Shown: positions 8,165-17,100 of the stretch, one piece after another | How positions within the stretch are numbered: position 1 is the first letter of the stretch | Layout: each line of letters opens with the position of its first letter | NCBI GenBank assembly: GCA_048213135.1 | Contig: PS015015.1 | Location: 51,499-71,498 of the forward strand | Length of the DNA: 20,000 nucleotides | Source of the DNA: Reclinomonas americana ATCC 50394 | Taxonomy: Eukaryota | Direction: 5' to 3' | Notes under the pieces: model-generated | What the model saw: only the letters and a program-made list of their open reading frames with translations | Databases searched by the model: none | Told to the model about the DNA's origin: nothing | Translations under genes and position numbers: made by a program

Positions 8165-11100
8165 ATGTCGTCGCGGTCGCCTCCGCCTTTACTGGTGGGC
8201 GACGGACGGTCCACGACTCCCACCTCGGTGACCTCGTCAGTGCTGCAGTCGCACTCGTCGCTGCCTCCGCAGGCTCCACTCGCCGCGCGTGGCAGTCTCG
8301 CTCTGGTGGGCTCTGCGGACACAGGCGCAGGCAGCAGCAGTGGTGGTGGTGGTGAGCGACCCAGCACACCAGTGAGTCAAGGCGCACACTCGGGAGGCGG
8401 CGGTGCAGCAGCAGCGCCTCAGCGCAGTGATTCGCTGCGTGGAACCCTGACGCAGGTTCGTCTCTCTCTCACACACACGCACTCTCCCATCCACACATGT
8501 GTGTCTCTTTCATCTCACAGGAGGAGTTGGAGGGCACCGATCGCTTTCTCCGCTTTGGCGATCGCATTGTGTTGATGCACGCCGACATGCGTGGCTTTAT
8601 CACCAGCGAAGGGTGTGTGTGTTGGGGAGAGAGAGCAGCTATGTGTGTGTTTGTTGTACTCACATCTAGTCATGTCTCGCAGCACGGTCGACGATCGCGT
8701 CGGTCTCACTGCCGGCACTCCCGGCAACCTGCCGCTCACGCCCTCTGGTGAGCTCCCTCCTCCATCTCCGTCTCCGCCATCTCCTCTTCGCGCTCACTGG
8801 GCGTCGCTGCGCAGATGTGGTGTACGAGTTGACTCCGATCACCTCGTACAAGGCGCAGTCGGCCTTTACGCGGCGCCTGAAGAAGGCCATTGATGACTTT
8901 GCGCCGGATCTCACGGCAGTCGGTCGCGCCGAGGTGCTGCGCTCGTTTGATGCGCGCAGACCGCCTCCGTTCCTGCGAGTGGTGCGTTCGCTCGTCCATG
9001 TCTGTGTGCGTGTGTGCCTGATATCTACGCTGCTCACCGCATTGCCCAACAGGATCAACACGAGGAGCGCCGCCTGGAGGAAGTCGGGGACGCCAACGAC
9101 AAGATCGGTTCGTTCAACCTGGGCCAGATTGTCGGCACGTCGCTCGAGCTGTACAAGCGGCGTCTCGAGGGCCAGTCGAAGAGTCGCACGCTGGAGGAGT
9201 TGATGGAGTTGCAGGTGCGCTGTTGTGCATGAGATAGTGAGGGAGAGAGAAACAAAGGCGCTCATTCACCTCGTGGGCAGACTCGCGCCGAGTCCGAGCT
9301 GGCACAAAACAACGCCGAAGACGAGCGTGCGAACGGTCGACCGGTCACCTACGGCACTGTGGTGCAGCTGCGACACGTTCGCTGGGGTCACTACGTGACC
9401 GTGCAGAGCGACATTGCGGAGACGGATGCCGCGTGCACTCGTATTGCGCTGCAGCCGACGGCCAGTTCGCGCTCCTTCTTCGTCATCTCGGCCGGCAGTC
9501 GGTTCCGCGCCGAGGGCGAGCGCGTGCAGATTGGCGACCTGGTGTCGTTCCTCAACCGCAAGTTTCGTCTGTACATTCACGCCAGCCGGGCGGCGATACG
9601 CGACCGCTTCCGTCGTCTCGAGGTCAACGGCTCCTTTGACGAGACACACTGGCTGCTGCTGCTGTACTCGCGAGCGCGTGCGGCTGGCGACGAGGACAAG
9701 CTGATGGCTGGCGACACGGTACGCATCTTTCATCCGCAGCGCGATGGCTACGTGGCGCGCGTCGTCGGTGCACCGGAGGATCTGTATGGTTTGTTGCGCG
9801 CATACCTATGCTCTGTTGATGATGAAAGAGTCACCTCACCACCACCACCACCACCACCACCACCACCACCACCACCACCACCACAGTCTCCATCAACGAG
9901 CAGGAGAAATCGGAACTCTCGCGACCGATCCTGCCCGAGGCCGATTTCGAGATTGAGCGTGAGCTGCCGGTGGCCGGTGGATTGATGCGCTTCGGGCAGA
10001 CCTTCCGCCTGCGTCACGTGCTCACCGGTGCGTATCTGCGAGTGGAGCCAAAGGTGGTGGACGAGTCGTTGCAGCCGGCGGACTGGTTCGGCGCCGTGGT
10101 TCGCGAACGGCGCTTCACTCGCGCCCACGTGCTGCGCGATCAGAGCGACGACGACGACGACGATGACGACTATGCAGGCGGCATGGGTGGCGACGGTGAC
10201 TTGGACAGCCTCGGCCTTCCGCCGTCGCCGACGTCGCTAATGTCACCGGGAGCGACTGACGATGACGCGGCGCGCATGTTTGACGATGACGATGATGATG
10301 AGGGTGGTGGTGGCATGGTGGCCTCGATGAATCCCCTGCAGCGGAATCAGCGACAGAATTCCGCACGCACCCTTGGCGTCGAGAGGCGCCGATCCATTCG
10401 CGCATCGTCCACGTCCATGGAGATTGGCAAAGGTGTGTGTGTGTGTGTGTGTGCCTCGCCAGCGATTATGATGTATTGAGTCTAACGCCGTCATTTCCCC
10501 GCAGGCTATTTTGCTCGCCGCCGTCCGAGTGCTGTGGAGGCTGCAGAGCCGATCCCAGTCGTCGACGTGTCGGATCTGGTGGTACCGGTCAAGGTCCGTT
10601 TCTCCGACGACCGAGCGGATCCCAACTGCCTGTTTGCCTTTGCGCCGCTGCAGTTTGCGGTGCGTTTTTCTCGCATGGCTGTTCGCCGCGCGTACCAGCG
10701 TGATTTCTCACTGGTGTGCATGACGCTGCGTACGATGCAGGCCGACGACGATGGTCGCAGCGTGGTGCGAGCCGATGCTCTCGTCAGTCTGCGACACGCC
10801 GCTACCGGTTTGTACCTGTCGAATGTCGAGTCACCGATTTGTTTCCGAGGCGTTTCGCGACGCAAGCACACGTCCGCCCCGGTGAGTCCTTCACCACCTC
10901 CATCGGTCCACGCACAATCCTGACTCGCCTTTGTCCTCTCACGCAGCTGTGCCTGTCCACCATTCCCGATCCCAACACGGCATTCCGCGCGTCGCGAACA
11001 CTGCAGAGCGATGTGCAGGATCTGTACATTACGACGCTCACCATTGGAGTTGCGGCGACGTGGTGGTGGTGGCAATCGTCAGCCGTCCTTACCCACTCAC

Positions 11101-14100
11101 GTGCTTGATGACACCCGACAGTACTTGGATCAACTGCGCTCGGCACTGAACGAGAACGCTCGCGATCGGCTCGTGGACTACCGAACTGCGTCGACAGTGC
11201 TGCCGCGTTTGATTCGCATGTGTACGGACAGCTCCGAGCTCGACGTCTTCAAACGAGAAGGTGCGCTTGCCTACTGCTGTTACGGGAAGGAGATTGGTGG
11301 GTGTTGACTCGGCTGGTCTCAGGTGCCCCAATTCGCTCACGGCAGATTCTGTTTCGCGAGTGTGGAGTTTCGTTGTCGGTCATCGCTGTGCGCTCTGCTA
11401 GTTGGTGCTGACCGATTGCGATAGATGTACGCGTTCCTGGCACAACTGGCCGCGGCCATCACAAACTCGCGTGATGTGGAGGCTCGTGGCGAGGCCGGCA
11501 GTGTGGTCACGGATACGCTGCGACTTGTCTTCCGGCTCATGAAGCAGATGAGCAAGCAGTACCCGCTCAATCTCTCGCTGTTCCAGCGTGACCTGCCGCT
11601 CTTGCTCGAGTTCTTTGGACGCGATGTCGGCGCCGAGGCCGCCATCATGGAACTGTTGCGTCTCCGAAAAGAAGCAGCAATCGTATCCGCGTGCAATGTT
11701 CTGACACCACCCCGCCCTCTGCTGTTTCACAGTTTCTCGAGCAACAGCCACAGCCTCGTGCGCCAGATCGACTACAAGTACATTCAGTTCTTCATCGATT
11801 TGCCTCGTCGGCGGGGCTTCACATTTGAGTTTCGTGTATGTGCGTTGCTGGCATCGTCGCCGCTCATGACTAACAAATTGAGTCTTAAAGGCACTTGCCG
11901 TTCCTCATCGAGTTNNNNNNNNNNNNNNNNNNNNNNNNNNNNNNNNNNNNNNNNNNNNNNNNNNNNNNNNNNNNNNNNNNNNNNNNNNNNNNNNNNNNNN
12001 NNNNNNNNNNNNNNNNNNNNNNNNNNNNNNNNNNNNNNNNNNNNNNNNNNNNNNNNNNNNNNNNNNNNNNNNNNNNNNNNNNNNNNNNNNNNNNNNNNNN
12101 NNNNNNNNNNNNNNNNNNNNNNNNNNNNNNNNNNNNNNNNNNNNNNNNNNNNNNNNNNNNNNNNNNNNNNNNNNNNNNNNNNNNNNNNNNNNNNNNNNNN
12201 NNNNNNNNNNNNNNNNNNNNNNNNNNNNNNNNNNNNNNNNNNNNNNNNNNNNNNNNNNNNNNNNNNNNNNNNNNNNNNNNNNNNNNNNNNNNNNNNNNNN
12301 NNNNNNNNNNNNNNNNNNNNNNNNNNNNNNNNNNNNNNNNNNNNNNNNNNNNNNNNNNNNNNNNNNNNNNNNNNNNNNNNNNNNNNNNNNNNNNNNNNNN
12401 NNNNNNNNNNNNNNNNNNNNNNNNNNNNNNNNNNNNNNNNNNNNNNNNNNNNNNNNNNNNNNNNNNNNNNNNNNNNNNNNNNNNNNNNNNNNNNNNNNNN
12501 NNNNNNNNNNNNNNNNNNNNNNNNNNNNNNNNNNNNNNNNNNNNNNNNNNNNNNNNNNNNNNNNNNNNNNNNNNNNNNNNGTGCTCCACGGACGAACCAG
12601 TTCGCCGAAACCAGGTGCGTACCCGATCATAGACAGCGAGCAGCGTGGATGGTGGTGGATTGACACGTTGTTCCCCGTCGTGCAGGAGTACATTCTCGAG
12701 CACTTGGTGATGCCGGATCGTCCGTACGTGATCCTGACGCAGATGCGCGGCGACACGGTGTATCTGGTGGCCGATCTTGACGGCTCTCATTTCGAGTCAC
12801 GTATTGTGGATGTGGCGTGGCCTGGTTGGGCGCCGCCACCCATGCGACCAGATGCCACTGCGTCGGGTGAAGCTCTGGCGAACTACGAGCAAGCGCGTGC
12901 GAGTTTTGAGCGATCCAGATTGCACGCCGAGTTCTACCTGTTGCAAATCAACTTGTTTTCCGAGCTGTGCGCAGTTACGTACCCTCTCCTCCTGTGAGGT
13001 GCATTATGTTCCTCTCTCCCTCTTGCTCACTCTCTGGACGATGCAGGGCCGCAATCCACGCGCACAGCAGATCATTTCGCGACTGCTGCCAATCAACGTT
13101 GCTGTTGTCGGGTGTGTCACTCATCCGTCATGCGGCTGACGTAAAGGACATGTTGCTTATCGGTGGCATGTGCACGCACAGGCTGATGGAACCGGGACTG
13201 CCGAGTCTCGTACGTGCCGCGTTTGACCGCTTGCTGTTGCATCTGTACGTGGATCGCAACCCGTTCAACAAGATCCAGCTCGTCGAAACGCTGCGGGTCT
13301 GTGTCCTCACAAAGTGCTCTCGTGCCTCTCATTATCGGACTCATCGTATTGTCGCTGGCAGGTGTGGGCCGACATTCCCCTGGAGCCGCAGTTCCATCGC
13401 AGTGAGACGTACGAACTGCAGCAGATTCGCCATCACGTGTCTTCCGGTTTCTCAGTGCTGCCCATCATGAACGACATGCTGAACGCCATTATCTCGTTGC
13501 TGGTGAGTCTCGTGTTGCCGCCGTTCACGCCACGCGCTGCCAGATGGTTGTGGTTCTGAACAAAGCCACACAGCGCTGGAAAGGCGCACTGCGAATGCGC
13601 TGGCGCGATCCCAACTTTACCAACTTTCATGTCAACACCGTTGCGTGCAGTTTCGTCTGTTGCACACCCTCCGAGTACAGCTCTGAACTCCTTTCTGCAG
13701 ATGCTACAGCTGCTCATGGCGATGTTGGAGGAAGGGTTCGTGACACACCGCGGCTACTTGGTGCTGCTCAACGAGACGCTGTGGGACCTGGTGGATGGAC
13801 GCACTGACGACTACCTCGGTTTGTTTCATCTTGTTCGTCATATCGCTGTGGTGCGCGGCCACTGAGAAGCCCTTTCCGTGGCAGGTCAACCGGATTCCTT
13901 CCGGTACAGTGCCAACGAGAACAACTTGATCATCATGGTTTGTGCGGCGTAGCGGTCAGTCAGTGTTGCTGCCACACACATCTCACATGTGCACAGGAGG
14001 TCAAGTGGCGCGCGTGCCGCATCTTGGATCTGCTACTGGACATTCAGGTGAACCATCGTGTGGCCAAGTTCCTCTCCTATTTCCGTGGTGGCAATCCGGT

Positions 14101-17100
14101 CGAGATGGAGCGCATGCTCGGTCGCACGTACATTGTGGAGGTCAACGACCAGACACTGCCCATTCTCTCCGACCTGATGAAGTACGATTCGGCGCCGCTC
14201 AACGCCGTCGCGTCGCGTCTGCTGTTCCGCGTCTTCCAGTGCGTCCACCTTGTCTCTGCCTCCGTTTTCTTGCAACTCATGCGTTTCTGGCAGACAACGA
14301 ATGGAAATGTTTTCGACGCTGGGACGCACCACGCTGCTCGTGTCGCACTCCCTTGTCGAAGCATTCGTGCGCCTGCGCACGGTGTGGGACGAGCTGCGTG
14401 TGACACTGGTGGAGCATCCCGACTGGCCGTCGCGGACAAACATTGTGCAGCAGATTGTGCGCCTGCTGCGCACCCTGCGACACGGTGCGCCGATTCTTAT
14501 CGGGTTGCCGCACTTTATTGTCACCGCATTCTCACTCCTAGGCTCGCTGCCGCGCAGAGATGCAAACCTCGAAGCAGTTGCAGGTGCTGGCCCGCTCATT
14601 GTCGTTGCATGACACGCTGATCAATGTGCTGAAAGCACCAATGTTGCGACTCTTCACATCCCTCGGTCCCCTCTCTTTCCACTTTTCTCACCTCGTCGTT
14701 CCTCGCAGTCGCAATCAGCGGCCTGTGCCCGGCACACCGCTCTTTGAGGCATTCGCCCTGATCTACCAGATCCTCCAGTTGGTGTGTCATTCGCTGCAAG
14801 GAAGAACGCCTGTTGTATTCGTTTCTCACTGTGTCGCGCCACACACCGCAGTACGTTCTCCGCAATGCCGAGAATCAGCGCGCAGTCTCACGAAACTGGA
14901 GTCTGTTTGTCACGCATTCTGGGTTCGTGATGACTCCCGTCCGTTTGCCGTGCTCGAAAGTCCCTCACTATGCCTTGTTTTTGCAGCGTCGGCATGGGCA
15001 CAGAGGAGCTGTTGCACACCATATTCGATGGCAATCGCCGTCTCGTGGAGACTGTCGACCCATCGCTGGTGCGGTGGTGGATTTCGGACATGGCCAGCCG
15101 CACGCCGAATTACAAGTCGCTGGCCTTCCTCAAGGTCCGTTCCTGCCGTCCTGCGTGCGCATCTTGTTTCTGTCAATTTCTATGCTGATTGCTTGCGCTA
15201 GTCATTGGCCGTGGTGAACGACGCACCGATCCAGCACAACCAGATTCTGGTGATGGACAACCTGATCGAGTTCCGCAATTCGCTGGTGCTCTTTGAGACG
15301 CCAGACGGTCGGCGAAGACGGTGCACACACCGGGGCTACTCCTGACTGCTGCACCTCTCAGTCACTCACTAATCACCATCGTTGTGGTCCGTGTGCAGTC
15401 GCGAGTTGATGCAAGGTGGCGCCGAGGCCGATCCGCGTGCGTCGTTGGCACCACTGCTGGAGTATCATGTGGAACTATTGAGCCTGCTCTCCCTGTGTAC
15501 GGCTGGACACTTTCACCAGACCGAGGCACAAGCGCAGCAGCTGCTGTCGTTTGCCACGTGTGCAGACATGCTGCTGGAGGCACAGCAGCTGCCACAAGTG
15601 AAGCAAGGCCTCCTGCAGTTCTTCACCGAGGTACGCCACGTGTTGCTGCATCATCGCGTTACGCCTGATTGCTGACCTTGCCATTGCATGCTACGCAGGT
15701 GTACGTCAAGACGGAGCGTTTGGTGCCCGCCGTCAACTTTTCCACCGACATGTGCAACGTGCTGCGATCCGTATGTGGCGACCTGGCGCAGTTCATTCGC
15801 CTCTCGCGCTCGTCGCTGGCCTCCACCACTGCTGTGCGCATCAACTCCACGNNNNNNNNNNNNNNNNNNNNNNNNNNNNNNNNNNNNNNNNNNNNNNNNN
15901 NNNNNNNNNNNNNNNNNNNNNNNNNNNNNNNNNNNNNNNNNNNNNNNNNNNNNNNNNNNNNNNNNNNNNNNNNNNNNNNNNNNNNNNNNNNNNNNNNNNN
16001 NNNNNNNNNNNNNNNNNNNNNNNNNNNNNNNNNNNNNNNNNNNNNNNNNNNNNNNNNNNNNNNNNNNNNNNNNNNNNNNNNNNNNNNNNNNNNNNNNNNN
16101 NNNNNNNNNNNNNNNNNNNNNNNNNNNNNNNNNNNNNNNNNNNNNNNNNNNNNNNNNNNNNNNNNNNNNNNNNNNNNNNNNNNNNNNNNNNNNNNNNNNN
16201 NNNNNNNNNNNNNNNNNNNNNNNNNNNNNNNNNNNNNNNNNNNNNNNNNNNNNNNNNNNNNNNNTTGAAGAGGTGCTGTTTACCGTGGCTCCCTTGCTTT
16301 CTTCTCGCAAGCGCACTCACACTTCGTGACAAAAAATGTGCAGTAGTGGACAGGAAATTGTGGATGAACTCGCTGTCAACGTGCAGCGGGTCAGGCGGCT
16401 CGCGCGCGGCTCTGGCGAACGCTCCGTAACCGATCGTGCCATTGCGGCTCTGGTTCGACCGCAGTGGACGCCAGTGGCTGTGGATTCGCGAGTTGTACGT
16501 CCACTTGCTTGTTCCTTGTCGTTTTTGTCGTGCACATGGCTCACCCGTGACGTCTGTGAACCAGCTTTCGACGGTACCGTCGGCGGCCACGTTTGAGATG
16601 TCGTCGGCGTCGCTGTCTTTCAATGGCATGCGCAGCCCGACCATGATCTCACTCGGTGACGAAGCTGAAGTCGCGCTGGAGGAGCGACTGCAAAACTATG
16701 TGGAGGCCAAGTGCGTCTGTGTCTGCCAATGCATGTGCGTGTGTCTATGTGGAATGGACATTTGACTCTTCCGCGCCACAGCAAACCGGCTGACCTGGAC
16801 ACCGATTACGACGATCTACTCCGCCTGCTCATCACCAATCGGCAGTTGTTGGCACGGCTCATCGAGTTGCTGAGGTGCGTCCGTGATACGTCGACGAGTG
16901 AGCGATGCGCTGCGCAAGCTGACCGCGACTTCGGTCAACATGTAGACCAACAAAGGAGAGCGACCGCGACGACATTCCTCCGGAGGTGGCAGTCATTGAT
17001 GAGGAGACGCGCCTGATGGACGTCATGCGAATCCTCTCGCTTCTGGTGACCCGCGGCGGTGAAGTGGCCGATATTAGACCGGAGCACCAGCGGCAGACAA

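Noticed and set aside
7661-8165. Separate small gene or ncRNA in the divergent spacer
   Set aside because: ORFs have non-ATG or weak starts and no motifs; no tRNA cloverleaf or snRNA signature seen by eye. A covariance-model search would be needed to exclude one fully.
9837-9883. Poly-Pro/poly-His coding tract in the channel
   Set aside because: It lies in intron 9789-9886; splicing restores the conserved frame into FEIE...FRLRH.
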